Part shown: positions 1 through 13,156 of the stretch, piece by piece
How positions within the stretch are numbered: position 1 is the stretch's first letter
Layout of the letters: every line of letters starts with the position of its first letter
NCBI GenBank assembly: GCA_951406725.2
Contig: OX597840.1
Span: 37,572,001 to 37,636,000 of the forward strand
DNA length: 64,000 nt
Origin: Octopus vulgaris
Lineage: Eukaryota
Direction of reading: 5' to 3'
The notes under the pieces: model-generated
Databases searched by the model: none
Seen by the model: the letters and a program-made list of their open reading frames with translations, nothing else
Told to the model about the DNA's origin: nothing
Position numbers and translations under genes: made by a program

Positions 1-55
1 GGTGGTGGGGTGGACAAACAAATACACAAAGGCACCCACCAACCCACACACACCC

Positions 56-105
56 TCTCTGATGAAGGGATATTATTAATTAATATCCTAGAAACAGCTG
101 TAAGA
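56..105 (+). ncRNA. Minimal type I hammerhead ribozyme motif (H1), in a short PLE-like fragment (~52-170) ending at (TA)n
   Basis: TCT-CTGATGA-ag-GGATATTA-ttaat-TAATATCC-ta-GAAAC-AGCT-GTA-AGA: canonical core, 8-bp helix II, palindromic helix III, GUA triplet, 3-bp helix I. Confidence 0.75.
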
Positions 106-168
106 CCTATCTATAAATGGTCTAATATCTATACAGCCTTGGTTTTTTATCTTATTACGCAAACAATT

Positions 169-239
<71 letters not shown>

Positions 240-240
240 G

Positions 241-393
241 ACAGGCTTTCAGTTTCCGTCAACCAAATCCACTCGCAAGGGTTTGATCAGCCCACGGCTT
301 TAGTTGAAAACACATAACCAAGATGCCATGCAGTGCGACTGAGCCCAGAACCATGCGGTCGGGAACCAAGCATCTTACCACACAGCTACGCCT
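241..393 (-). mobile_element. SINE family S2, 5' half (more of it at 1-50, split by the H1 element and microsatellites)
   Basis: Diverged match to full copies at 11199-11598, 22484-22905 and 29397-29800. Confidence 0.8.
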
Positions 394-429
394 TATCAAT
401 CTCTTTAAAGCTAAGCACTTTGGAAAACG

Positions 430-555
430 CCCAAGTCCACTTCGCCCTTCATGTTTTCGAGGTCAATAAAAAATGGAGCAGTTGCACACTGGGGTCGACG
501 TAATTGTCTTACCCCTCACCTGAAATTGCTGGCAATGTGCCAAAATTTTAAAACT
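430..555 (+). mobile_element. Decayed SINE family S1 fragment
   Basis: ttcgcccttcatgttttcgaggtcaataaa...cactggggtcgacgtaatt resembles the S1 central domain. Confidence 0.65.
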
Positions 556-699
556 AATAATTAGACATCGTTTTCATGATAAGGAAACATGTGGATGATA
601 ACATGCTAGAAATAGCAGCCAAGTTGTCTTTAATGCAAACTTTTGCAGTCCTAAAAGGAAAAGCTCGTTGGGGATAGAGTTTCCTGATTACTTTCATAA

Positions 700-2830
700 A
701 AATTTGCTCAAACTTTTTAAAAGATTATCGCATTAATCTAGAATTTTCAAATTAAAGTGATAGCATGCTACTTCGTAACATTTTTATACCCAGAACAAGA
801 GTATGGTCAGGAAATGTTCATTTCTAATCGAATGCCAGCGGTTTCTGTTACCGATTAACATGTATAACTTTGATTGTTCACCCAAGGTTAAAGGGAAAAT
901 ACGAATGACTATGCTAGAGGTTGGTAAAACTCATGAGGGTCGGGTTCCCGGTTTCCATGGCGCATATATTTCCCTGGACGGGACGCCGATGCATTGCAGG
1001 TTTACTCACTTCTGCCAGCTGAGCGAAACGAAGCAACGTGTCGCTCGCTCCAAGTATCGAAACCAGAATCTTATGATCATGATTCTAACACCCTAACCAC
1101 TAAACTACGCGCCTTCACTTATTGGAAGCAAATTCATTAATCTTCTGGAGCTTCTTAATGTTTCTTAGTACACGATTGAAGTATCCTTTGCACAAGCGGC
1201 AAGGAATTGTATTTGTACAGCATTTTCTTGCTTGTGTGTGTGTGTGTGGGGGGGGGGGGTTAACGAAACTCTACTGACAGAATTGAAGAATTCCTACCCA
1301 AAATAATATTAGATCCCTTCAATGAAATTGCGAAGCTTTCAGAACGTTGATTTAAAGTACTTTTCAAGGCGTTAGATTGGCAGAAATTTTAGAGGGTAAG
1401 ACGAAATATTTTTTTAAATAGTTACTTCGGACCTTTGCCGAAGGAAATATCTTAAAGGCTGTCCGGCAGCAATGATACTGGTGCAAACCTGTATCGGCCC
1501 AAGTCGATAACATTTCTCTTGAATGAGCATCATTGTGGGTAAAGACTGTAAACTTGTACACGTAGATATCTAGCAGTATTCCTTAGAAAATCTTGCCCAA
1601 GCCTTTGTGAACTAGTACTGATTTAATATCAACCTTCACTGACGGAGTCGTTTAGACAAAAGGCGTCCATTAAATATCAAATAAAACTCTTTGAGTCTGT
1701 ATGTTAATGTACCATTCCTTTGCATAAGACTTTTTTGCATTTAAAATATGTCTCGTCTGAAAATATAATTTTAATGCAATGCCTGCTTAGAATCCTTTTT
1801 TAGACAGTTACATCTCATCGATCATCTTCTGGGTATGAGGGGGGATTTTTTGCTTTGATTTTTTGCCATAGAATTTGATTAATTCTAATTTCTGTGTAAG
1901 AGTCTTTCGTAGAATCGATCTGAGGAACTACTTGCAGATTTTCTCTGATAGATAATAATTCTTCGACTGTAGGTGAACTCGCTAAATGCGGAGAGGGGAT
2001 AAATGTAATTAAATTTAGATTATCGAATTTCATTAATGCGTGCAGAGAATTAAAAATTCCACAATGGCCAACAGTTGTAACTGTTGAAGGAGCAAGACGA
2101 TTTTAACATTATTTCCTAATCTGCCAAAAACATTTCAAGATATGATGCAAAATTTCAGTGATTTATTTTGGAACAAGAATTAACAGCAAATATATAAATA
2201 CAATTGTATTTTCTCAATCAGTACTATAGCCAAACACATCCCAAAAGGAAAAAACGCGCTCACACACACGTTTTTTTCTTATGCACACTCACACATGTAC
2301 ATAATTGTTTGTCACAGGCAATATTATCTGATTCGTCCAAAAGCACGAAGAACTGAATAATGCCAATCTTCAATTTGTTCTTCCAGTAAGCCTGCAGTAA
2401 TAAATTTTTTTAAGTGCCGTCCATCTTACAAGCAGTTTCGAATCAAAAATATTTGATGATGAAGGGATTCCGTTATTAAGAAATTCTCGTAAATGATTGA
2501 TGCTTCAAATACTCGCATCGCAAGCGACAAATGCTGCCAACTGCAGTCCTAATATTATTGTTTTGTTGCCGAGGAAAACTGCTTTGAGAGTTTGTTGTGA
2601 ATTTCATTTTATTACAGCTCGCTGTGTTTTAATGTTCAGCTGAAGTACGATGCTTTGTTAATGCCGTTTTGTGAGCTCATATTTCACCTCTGCAAACTTT
2701 ACAGTAAGAGTAACTAGAGTTTATTTCTCTCATCACAGTTTGTAAATTGTGGAACGTAGGAATTTTTCAGATATTTTATCATATTTTTCACACATTCTGC
2801 ACCGTATATAGCTGAACACAATTACTGAAT
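700..2830 (-). pseudogene. Heavily decayed hAT-type transposase relic, interrupted by an S3 SINE
   Basis: Minus-strand pieces in the expected order, with many stops and frameshifts: YCKVCRGEI*AHKTALTKHRTSAEH (N-terminal zinc finger), LQLAAFVACDASI*SINHL, LLDESDNIACDKQLC (like LDESTD..KQL), NSLHALMKFDNLNLI..HLASS. Confidence 0.65.
915..1118 (-). mobile_element. SINE family S3 (tRNA head plus V-SINE-like domain)
   Basis: Matches copies at 7931-8180 and 21622-21872; A/B-box-like head and cctgc.atg...ggcgtcccgtccaggg domain. Confidence 0.8.
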
Positions 2831-3405
2831 CGAGGTACCATATGGTTGAGATTTTGACAAACTTTGATTATAAGTCGTGACTCAATTTCTCCGAACGAAC
2901 ATATTAAAAACCTTGGCAATTTAAAGACGCGAGAGGGAATTTGCTGCCAACAAGTTTCGACTGCTTTATTATACCTCTATGTGGTCCCACGATCTGCATG
3001 GCATAGCAGTCAATTCATGCCGTCTAGATTTGTCAATAAATTTTACTTATTGGCCAAGCTACCTTGAATAAATATACACGGGCATACACATGCACACACT
3101 CACATATGTATATATACACACAGTTATGCGTAGAATAAATTTCATTCTACTTAGCCGTTTATGTGGAATAAAATGAAATATATAGCTAATGTGATTCTTG
3201 CAGGTAAATCTAGTAATGTTGGGTGGGTAGGTACAATGTAAGAGAAATAAATGGGTTGGTCATGGCACGAAAACTTTAGGTATCTGAATTATGTTTAAAG
3301 CCTGCAGCTATATACATAATTCAGTGAACGATAGTCGATCACCCACGACCTAACTTAAATTGTGATCATATCCAGCCACCGCTTTGCGCCAATGCTTCGT
3401 TTTAT

Positions 3406-3463
<58 letters not shown>

Positions 3464-3685
3464 ATATATATAATAAAATATTAGGGAATAAATCCAAACT
3501 TACAGGGAAAAATCAGATTTAGGATTGAATCCAATTTTATAGTAAAATATTATATTATATTAAATTAGAGATAAAACCACTATTAGGCAAATCAAACAAT
3601 GAAAAACTCAAGCCAATACATAAGATTAATTAATTTATATTATTTAAATATATATAAAAATTATTAAAAACGATAATTAATATAA

Positions 3686-3748
3686 CACTACGATCGTTTC
3701 ATGGCTGTTCAATTCTTAAAATTTTCGAGTTACAGTCATTTTCAGGTG
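3686..3748 (-). ncRNA. Hammerhead motif H2 (long helix II; one core base deleted)
   Basis: Minus strand CAC-CTGAA(-)A-ATGACTGT...ACAGCCAT-GAAAC-GATC-GTA-GTG. Confidence 0.55.
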
Positions 3749-3764
3749 GTTTACATATTTAAAC

Positions 3765-3828
3765 CACCTGAAGAATGACTGTAACTCGAAAATTTTAAGA
3801 ATTGAACAGCCATGAAAAGATCGTAGTG
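3765..3828 (+). ncRNA. Hammerhead motif H3 (long helix II; C15.2 changed to A)
   Basis: CAC-CTGAAGA-ATGACTGT-23 nt-ACAGCCAT-GAAAa-GATC-GTA-GTG. Confidence 0.65.
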
Positions 3829-3840
3829 TTATCTAATTTA

Positions 3841-3885
<45 letters not shown>

Positions 3886-3894
3886 CTATGCGTG

Positions 3895-4115
3895 TGTGCC
3901 TTTGTGTGTCTGTTTGTCCCTCATCACAGCTTGACAATAAGCGTTGATATACTTACGTACCCAATAACTTAACAGTGTGACAAAAGACCGATCGAATACG
4001 GACTAGAATTAACAAAATTAATTCCTAGGGTCGATTTGTTCGACTAAAAACCTTGAACGCTCTGCTCCAGCATAGCCACAGTCAAAACACTGAAACGAGT
4101 AAACGAATAAAAGAA
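3895..4115 (+). mobile_element. SINE S2, diverged 3' half
   Basis: gggtcgatttgttcgactaaa...tgctccagcatagccacagtcaaa..ctgaaac tail. Confidence 0.75.
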
Positions 4116-4129
4116 TGTGTGTGCGTCTG

Positions 4130-4166
<37 letters not shown>

Positions 4167-4478
4167 GATGTATATAAGTACATGTGTATACACAAACACA
4201 ATCACGCACACATATACATACATATTTGTGTGCACATGTTTATATAATTGTGTTGTAAACCATTTCGAGTGTTTATTCACCTATTATAACTACACGTTAC
4301 AATAGGCATACTTATAGAGATGTTTATATATACATAATGATCGGATTGTTCCTCTCGTTAATTACTGGCAATTAATTATAACATCACCATAAACGCATGC
4401 ACTGATAACCACAAACACACACTCGCATATATATATGTATATATGTATACATATATATATATATATATATATAAATAC

Positions 4479-4511
<33 letters not shown>

Positions 4512-4528
4512 TGCATGTATATAAATAC

Positions 4529-4559
<31 letters not shown>

Positions 4560-4658
4560 TGCATGTATATAAATACATATGCTTATATATATATATACAC
4601 AAACACACACATATATATATGGATATATAGGCATATATACGTGTATAAATATACACAA

Positions 4659-4711
<53 letters not shown>

Positions 4712-5670
4712 CACAGAGGAAATGAGAGACAACAAATGCGTGAGTGACTATACACAAACACATCTATCGATATATGTGTTTGCAAGTATGTATGTATGTA
4801 TGTATGTATGTATCTACGCATCTCTGTTAGTAAATTATATATATCTACATCCTAGAGTTTGTGTGCTTCTGTGTGGTGAGTTGCTGTCTGAGCGTTCACA
4901 CTCGTCAACGTATGTCTCTGTTTGTAAAAATAATTGGGAAGAAAGAAAAAAAACATGTTCGTAGAAGAAAATCAAACTAATGTATGGAAACGGATACCTT
5001 GAGGCTAATATATTTAGTGACTCACGACTTTCCTTGTTTAAATTGAAGAAAAATCATCTTTAATTAAATTGGTACATGAAAAACCTTCACAGGAAAATAG
5101 ATTTTATCGATCCTAAAAACGACATTTTGGAGACGTGCGATGTGACTTTATGTACGTTTCTAAGTATATCCGTACGAGCGTACTTATGTATGTATGTATA
5201 TACGCATGTATGTATGTATGTTTGTGTGTGTGTGTGTATTTATTATGTATTATGTATTGTACGTATGCAGGTACGAATGTCTGTTTGTATGAACTTATAA
5301 TTATATGAATGTATGTATGTTTGTAAATGTTTGTATGAATATATTTAGGTACGAATGTATGTACGCATGCATGCGTGTATACATGCATACACATGTTTAT
5401 GTATGCGCAAGTATGTCTGTATGATTGTATGTGTCTACGCACGTATGTGTATATGTGAGTTTATATGCGCGAATTAATGTATATATAGATATATATGTAC
5501 ATATACAAATATATACGTACATATACATGGTGCGTACATACAAAAAATATATACACACTGATAACATCTTTTATTTACACACACTTAGATACAAATACAT
5601 GTTACACTTAATAAAGTACTTTATATACCTTCCCTCTTTCAGCAATACATATATACAAGCATATATATTT

Positions 5671-5740
<70 letters not shown>

Positions 5741-5746
5741 CGTACG

Positions 5747-5792
<46 letters not shown>

Positions 5793-5900
5793 AGTATATA
5801 TATTCATATACACACACACATATATATGTGTGTGTGTGAGTATATATATTCATACACACACAGACACACACATACACACATATATATATATATATATGAC
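4130..5900. repeat. Compound (TA)n/(CA)n/(TATG)n microsatellite-rich region
   Basis: Seen directly. Confidence 0.9.
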
Positions 5901-6410
5901 ATATTCCTATATAAGCATGTGTGTATGCTGTCACGATGAAATAAATGACATTTTATAAATCAAAATTTCATGTTTACAAACGTAACATATTTTTAGTCGA
6001 TTTCTTTTCAAACTATCCGACATATCTACAATACTAATACTTTTTGTCTCTTACCATATATATATATTTATATTTAATGGTTGCTTGTATATTTAGTTAT
6101 GTTAAAAGCAATTTTGCATAGATCTGACTTGTTACTCTAAATATTTTTTTAGCGTAGAAATTGATTAGTCGTAAACAAGTATATTATTGACAGTGTTTTC
6201 GCAGATTTGGACTGTCAAGCCATCGTCCAACTACAAGGATAATACACACACACACACACATATATATGTGTGTGTGTGAGGTGTTAATGTGTATGAGTAT
6301 ATTTTGCTAAGCATATCTTCTTAGACATGTCTTTAATCTCTGTATCTATGTGGCTAGCTAGCTGTCTATACACACACACACTCATGTTTATACACAATGT
6401 CGCATTATAT

Positions 6411-6827
6411 ATATTTGTTATTGCCCACAGGGGGCTAGACTTAGAGGAGACAAACAAGGACAGACAAATGGGATTAAAATCAATTACAACGACACCAGTG
6501 CGTAACTGGTACTTATTTAATCGACCCCGAAAGGATTAATGGCAAAGTCGACAATGGCGGAATGTGAACTCAGAACGTAACGGCAGATGAAATACCTATT
6601 TCTTTACTACCCACAAGGGGCTAAACACAGAGAGGACAAACAAGGACAGACAAACGGACTGGGTCGATTATGTCGACCCAAGTGCGTAATTGGTACTTAA
6701 TTTATCGACCCCGAAAGGATGGAAGGCAAAGTCGACCTCGACGGAATTTGAACTCACAACGTAAAGACAGACGAAATACTGCTAAGCATTTCGCCCATCG
6801 TGCTAACGTTTCTGCCAGCTCTCTGCC
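6411..6827 (-). mobile_element. SINE S1 head-to-tail dimer
   Basis: Full unit 6596-6827 plus a headless ~184-bp unit 6411-6595; junction gaaatac|ctatttc. Confidence 0.88.
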
Positions 6828-6919
6828 CTATCATATTTATTATTACCACCACTATAATCCATTCGTTATCTTTACTCATTTTTTCTGCTTCTCCTCCTCC
6901 TCCATCTTTTTCCTTCGCT

Positions 6920-7400
6920 TTCTTCCCTGCATCACTGACCATACCAATCCGAGCATATGTTACCGAGATCCGCATTTTCTATCCATCCTTATGGTCTGGG
7001 ACCATTTCGTTATCCATCATTTCCATTTTGTTCCTAATATCTAAACCGATTCTCTTTACTCCGAAAACTCCACTCTACACTCGTAGTATTCACCGATCAC
7101 CATGGTCACAGCTTTACACACGGTAAAATCTGCCACAGATGCATAACATGTATTTCTCCATACCAAATAGCGTTTCATTCCACCAGTTTATTGTAGGAAT
7201 CATTCAATTAAGTAAAGAACAAACATGTCCCCTGAAGCCAACACGAACGTCTTTCATGGACGTGACGGAATTTTCTTCCTGCAGCTCTCCTTCATATTAT
7301 TTCACGAGATAACAATTCCCGCATCTCTGCTGCAAGAAAAGTCATTCTTGCCGTGAAAAGTGACTCCATTTTAGTATTTTAATGATATTTTCTTAGTAAT
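6920..7400 (-). pseudogene. Possible decayed RTE-type LINE fragment
   Basis: Weak minus-strand remnants (RNKMEMM; DWYGQ like RWYGH). Confidence 0.3.
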
Positions 7401-7795
7401 GAGAATATTTTTCTCCCAGTCAAGACTACCATAATTTCTCAGCCCTCCTTATTGACGGATCAGCTCTGACGCTGACTAAACTTCGAGTATGTCATATCCA
7501 CAGTCAAGTCGTATACTTTGAATATTCTTTTATTAATACAACTTGATTTCCTTATATAATATCATTCATACATGGTTTTTAGTATAAGTTATTATATAAC
7601 GCAGCTTGATATAACACAGCTTGATATGTCTTTCGACCTATTGTATGCAGTATATATTATTAAACATATATGCGAGCTTGTGTGTGTCTGTTTGTTCCTT
7701 GTCCGTTTTGAGCGTGTATATATGCCGTGTGAATGCGGACACACACACGCTCGCGCGCGCATATATATGGTTATATGTATATGCATACATATATG

Positions 7796-7902
<107 letters not shown>

Positions 7903-7930
7903 GATATATAGTTGTGTGTGTGTATGTATG

Positions 7931-8180
7931 GTGGTGCGTGGCTTAGTGATTAGGGTGTTGAATTCAGGATCGTAACGTTGTGGTTTCGATTCCTGGACCG
8001 GGCGATTCGTTGTGTTCTTGAGGAAAACACTCCATTTTCACGTTGCTCCAGTCCACTCAGCTGGCAAAAATGAGTAATCCTGCGACGGAACGGCGTCCCG
8101 TCCAGGTGGGGAATTTCTACGCCACTGAAGCCGGGAAATCGGCCCTTATGATCCTGACATGGCTCGAGAAGGAACATCTA
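7931..8180 (+). mobile_element. SINE S3, near full length
   Basis: gtggcttagtgattaggg (A box), ggtttcgattcc (B box), cctgcgacggaacggcgtcccgtccagg. Confidence 0.85.
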
Positions 8181-8204
8181 TTATATATATATATATATAT
8201 ATAT

Positions 8205-8455
8205 TACCTTGATCACATTGACCGAACTGTCCGTCAGGCGTCCATTTGACACCACTGGTCACAGCACGCTGTCCACTCCTCTCTGGATCGCGCCTTTCTT
8301 ATCCATGTGATCCCAATCGTCCTCCTGAAATCGTAACTCCACCGTCGTGGAGGCCTTCCGGGTGGTCGTTTCCGCTCGCGCGGGTACCACTCGACAACTG
8401 CGTGGGTCCACCGATTATCGGTGTGCCGGGCGACGTGTCCAGTCCATCTAAACTT
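8205..8455 (-). mobile_element. RTE-clade LINE 3' end
   Basis: KFRWTGHVARHTDNRWTHAVVEWYPRERKRPPGRPPRRW is the typical RTE ORF C-terminus. Confidence 0.88.
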
Positions 8456-8602
8456 TAGAAGTTTATATATAAGATTAATCAGCCGAAATTGCGAGAATGA
8501 TCCGGTTCTTGACTGAAGATTGAAGGCTTCGAATGTCCCGTCCGTGTTTTTTGTGTCATCTTCTAAATGTTTCACGTTCTCGTCCCAGTTTGTATTTTTT
8601 TA

Positions 8603-8642
<40 letters not shown>

Positions 8643-9333
8643 GATATATATACATATAACTGTTTCTGAGTGAAATGCAAGTCGTAATACTGTCGAGAGT
8701 CTGCTAAAGTTTTCAATGGTAAAGTATGGCATTATTCTACACAACTTTTCTAAACAGTCTCGATGGGAATGGATCCTGTGAGTCAGTTATAGGATTGTAA
8801 GAATTATACCATAATATATAGCCTGACATTGACGTGTTTTGGATGTGAAATGTAGTATAATATACATTACGTTGGAAAAATTGCAATGAGGATTTCCAGT
8901 CTATTGTATGGATATTAAATAGATGACTTATAGAGCTTTTTGTTTTAGTTCTGTTCCAACTTCCAATGAAAATCGTATCAATATGTCTGTGAGTCACTTG
9001 TCAATATGTCTGTATTTTAAAAATAACTTTGACTGCATATTTAAACGAACAGTTTGAGATCTTAAGATTAATTAAAATTAAAAAGTCTTTCGTCAAGATT
9101 AAATATCCTTTCGCTGAAATTATCTGTATGTTTAGCTTATCACTGGTTGATAAATCGCAAATGATGATAAAATCGTTAATTCTCTCGTCTTTCTGTTTTC
9201 ATGTTTACTCTGAAAGGTCGTTGGCATTCTTTTCCTCGTTTCGGAATGATAAACTCTGGTTGTGCTCAGTGGTTCTCCAAATTTTTCGCATTTCCTAGCT
9301 GTATAATGATGTTATTCTTATAATAAAAGTCGG

Positions 9334-9751
9334 GGATCTTTTCGGTTTGAACGGCAGTTTTTTCTAGCGGTGTCCTATGAAATTGTCACCCATAATTATG
9401 ACCCTAGAATCGATATATTGCATTTCAATCTCTTTTAGGGTTAGGGCCAGTGTTGGGGGAAGGGTATCTTTTTTTTCTCCACAAATGTAAATAAACCCAA
9501 TCTGTTTCTTAAACGCGGGACATATTCATACGGCACAGAATGCTTTTTAAAGCAATAGACGTCACTGATTGGTTGAAATTGCAGAAATTGAAGAAAAACA
9601 AACAACAAATATCTTACAAACCATAGAATTTTCTCAATAAAGCCAAGAAAAAAAGATGTTTTATAAACACATTCTACCAGTATACGAAGTTTAAAATTTT
9701 GTAGTTACCTAGAAATTATGTTACAAACTGCCGTTCAAACCGAAAAGATCC
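9334..9751. mobile_element. Non-autonomous DNA transposon (Merlin-like MITE), copy 1
   Basis: TIR GGATCTTTTCGGTTTGAACGGCAGTTT at both ends; 8-bp TSD aaagtcgg/aaaatcgg. GG termini with an 8-bp TSD fit Merlin. Confidence 0.85.
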
Positions 9752-10307
9752 AAAATCGGGCTTGCTTTAGCAGAATATATGCGTCTTTTCAATCGGTGAT
9801 TTATATCATGAGGCTAAAGGGTGTTATTCTATCATTTTTGTGTCTGAACCATATATTATCTGCCTGGTTATCAATAGGTTATTTAGATAAACTATTTTTC
9901 ATGTTGGGTGTGATTCTGTTGTTATTATTCAGTGTATTACGCTTGAATGACTTCGCGTATCTGTGGCCAATGTGTGTAGCCAAGATAGTGAAACAATTTT
10001 GTTGTATTAGTTTTGTCATTTAGAAGCAAATTGAGACAAATCGTTTTATTATTCTACTTCGTGTTTTCTCTGTAATTGTTTCAGCAAGTTGTCCAGGGTT
10101 TGAAAGTGATGCAAACTTCATCCTTGTCTTTCTTTTTCTTTGGCGTCATTATTATAATATGAGGTATTTTGTGGAATTTGTTTTTTGTTTGACGTTAAGT
10201 ACATACGTTCTTAGATGCGAACTCACTTCTGGGAAATAATGGAAAATGGGGCAGAATCGTTTTTTTATGTATATGAACTCTTCCACTGGATTATTCTATT
10301 TGTTATG

Positions 10308-10497
10308 AAGGCGGCGAGCTGGCAGAAACGTAGCCGTATTTCGTCTGCCGTTACGTTGTGGGTTCAAATTCCGCCGAGGTCGACTTTGCCTTTCATCCTT
10401 TCGGGGTCGATAAATTAAGTACCAGTTAAGCACTGGGGTCGATATAATCGACTTATTCCGTTTGTCTGTCTTTGTTTGTCCCCTCTATGTTTAGCCC
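10308..10497 (+). mobile_element. SINE S1 with internal deletion
   Basis: ggcggcgagctggcagaaacg...ggttcaaattcc...gtcgactttgcctttcatcctttcggggtcgataaa. Confidence 0.85.
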
Positions 10498-10521
10498 GGC
10501 CGCAGATGTTTAAAGTGTCGC

Positions 10522-10753
10522 AGGCGGCGAGCTGGCAGAAACATTAGCACGCCGGGCGAAATGCTTAGCAGTATTTCGTCTACCGCTACTTTGCGAGTTC
10601 AAATTCCGCCGAGGTCGACTTTGCCTTTCATCCTTTCGGGGTCGATTAAATAAGTACCAGTTAAGCACTGGGGTCGATACAATCGGCTTAATCGCTTTGT
10701 CTGTCCTTGTTTGTTCCATCTGTGTTTAGCCCCTTGTGAGCAATAAAGAAATA
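10522..10753 (+). mobile_element. SINE S1, full length with TSD
   Basis: 18-bp TSD agatgtttaaagtgt(c/t)gc at 10504-10521 and 10754-10771; A and B boxes; central domain resembles Meta/Sauria-SINE type. Confidence 0.92.
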
Positions 10754-11198
10754 AGATGTTTAAAGTGTTGCTTAAATCCATTTCGAGAGTACCTATTTTT
10801 TTAATATTAACTTCGCGTGTCAAAGCTAACCCATTGTCTCGATATAACGCTATCAGTAATTTATTAATTACAGCATCTAAATTGTATAACTCAACAATTT
10901 AGCACTTCTCAGCGCTAATTGAGGAACTGCTACTGTATTCAAATTAATCACAAGACATCGTCATACTAATAGCTCGTTTCATAACGTCGACAAGTTCTGT
11001 TCCAACCAAACCGAATTTTCAACATTTCTTATTCTTTCGGCATTCTTTCTATGAGACGATGTTATTGTGTCAGCAGTTATTTCTGGGTAAATGTTGCGGT
11101 ATTCTTAGGAAGTGTTTCGAGCGGGATATGTAAATCATATATATATTGGAAATTAGAATTATTTACTACTAAAACATAATCCGATGTATTAAATTTTA

Positions 11199-11598
11199 TG
11201 CTGTGTGGTAAGTAGCTTGCTTACGAACCACATGGTTCCGGGTTCAGTCCCACTGCGTGGCACCTTGGGCAAATGTCTTCTAATATAGGCTCGGGCCGAC
11301 CAAAGACTTGTGAGTGGATTTGGTAGACAGAAACTGAAAGAAGCCCGTCGTATATATGTATATTTATATGTGTATCTTTGTGTGTGTGTTTGTCCCCCCC
11401 CCCCCCAACAACATCGCTTGACAACCGATGCTGGTGTGTTTACGTCCCCGTAACTTAGCGGTTCGGCAAAAATGACCGATAGAATAAGTACTAGGCTTAC
11501 AAAGAATAAGTCTTGAGGTCGATTTCCTCGACTAAAGGCGGTGCTCCAGCATGGCCACAGTCAAATGACTGAAACAAGTAAATGATTAAACGAGTAAC
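11199..11598 (+). mobile_element. SINE S2, near full length
   Basis: tRNA-like head gctgtgtggtaag...gggttcagtccc, internal (TG)n, tail gactgaaacaagtaaa. Confidence 0.9.
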
Positions 11599-12195
11599 AA
11601 TTTGTGTGTGTGTTTTTCTGTGTGTCTGATTATCTTTTAATCCAGCAACTTAGCATTCTGCTTCTCTGTGTATCTAACTTCTCTGTCTGTCTGTCTGTCT
11701 CTTAGACTTTGTGTCTGATTGTCGGTCTCCCTTCTATCCATCAAGACGAAGAAAAAGAGTGAACTGAGAAGTGGAATCAAGTGCTAATGGAAACTGAAAA
11801 CAATTTCACAATCCCCATTTGTTGTTTCGCCGCTCCCGATTGTGGGACAAGAATTGAAACAAAAGGAAACATTAGAGAAACAATGGAAGGCAAGCAAAAT
11901 ATTACAGAAAATCGATATCGAACACTGATATGGTGCAGCGTATTCACAGCTTTGCTTATAAAAGGTTCTTTTAGGACGATCCATATAAACGGCAGAAATG
12001 GATATAAACATGTCAGGAATATTAGATAAATTCATTTTCCGTCGACAAAGGAAGACGGAAGAGGAAGGAGAAGAGAAGATGTCTGTGTGTCTGTGCCTTT
12101 ATGGGAAGTAAAAATAGCGAATATACACAAACACCTTCACACACAAATAAACACACTCATGCCCGCAAATATGTGTGCGTGTGCGTGAGCGCGTG

Positions 12196-12234
<39 letters not shown>

Positions 12235-12362
12235 CCGCGTGTGCGAGTGCGCGTGTGCGTATGTGTGTGTATTTATGGTATATTGTGTAGCTTTGTGTGG
12301 AGCTCATCCTTTGAGCTAAATGTCTTCGACATTCGTGAATAGCACTGTCCTACCCGGCGCTT

Positions 12363-12796
12363 GGAACTTTTCGGTTTGAACGGCAGTTTTTTTAAATAAT
12401 TTCCAAGTAACTAAACACTTTTAAACTTCGTATACTGGTAGAATGTGTTTATACAACATCTTTTTCTCTTGCCTTTATTAAGAAAATTCTATAGTGTGTA
12501 AGATATTTGTTGTTTTTTTTCTTCAATTTCTGCAATTTCAACCAATCAATGACGTCTATTGAGGTGAACACATTCTGTGCCGTATGAATATGTCCCTCGT
12601 TTAAGAAACAGCTTGGGTTTATTTACATTTGTGAAGAAAAAAGATACCCTTTCCCCCACCCCTAACCCTAACTAACACTAACGAACCCTAACCCTAAAAC
12701 AGATTGAAATGCAATAGATCGATACTAGGGTCATCATTAGGGGTGAAAACTTCTTATGAGACCGCTACAAAACTGCCGTTCAAACCGAAAAGATCC
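12363..12796. mobile_element. Merlin-like MITE, copy 2 (opposite orientation to copy 1)
   Basis: Same TIRs; perfect 8-bp TSD cggcgctt at 12355-12362 and 12797-12804. Confidence 0.88.
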
Positions 12797-12910
12797 CGGC
12801 GCTTTTATACGCAAACGAAACGTAGACTACAACGAAAGGGACAAAACATCGATTGTCTACGACGCAAGGGTACATGGAAAGATCCATAGTAGGAATATCA
12901 TTAAGGGAGC

Positions 12911-13119
12911 TGTTACGACCTGGTGGCCATAACCCGAATTTTCACAATCAACAAAGATGGGGTGAACCCAAAACAAAAACACACCATGAAGATTTTTATA
13001 AAATATTAACAATTCTTAGCAAAAAAAAAAAAAAAAATCACCCTACATACAAAACAAATATATACGAACAAAAATTAATTAATGCTACACTAGACGCGCA
13101 GTGAAAATATTTATAAAGG

Positions 13120-13156
<37 letters not shown>

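Larger units (their letters stand above)
3471..3840 (-). mobile_element. HHR-bearing PLE-like element family A with inverted duplication, between (TA)n tracts
   Basis: 3471-3700 is a diverged reverse complement of 23630-23820; ~72-bp inverted arms at 3682-3753 and 3760-3832. Confidence 0.75.

Noticed and set aside
7931-8005. tRNA-like A/B boxes at SINE heads
   Set aside because: SINE heads; no complete cloverleaf, so not called as tRNA genes
8470-8605. Repeat between TA tracts containing GAAA and CTGAAGA (similar arrangement at 47530-47580)
   Set aside because: The core elements cannot be arranged into a consistent hammerhead; left as an unclassified repeat
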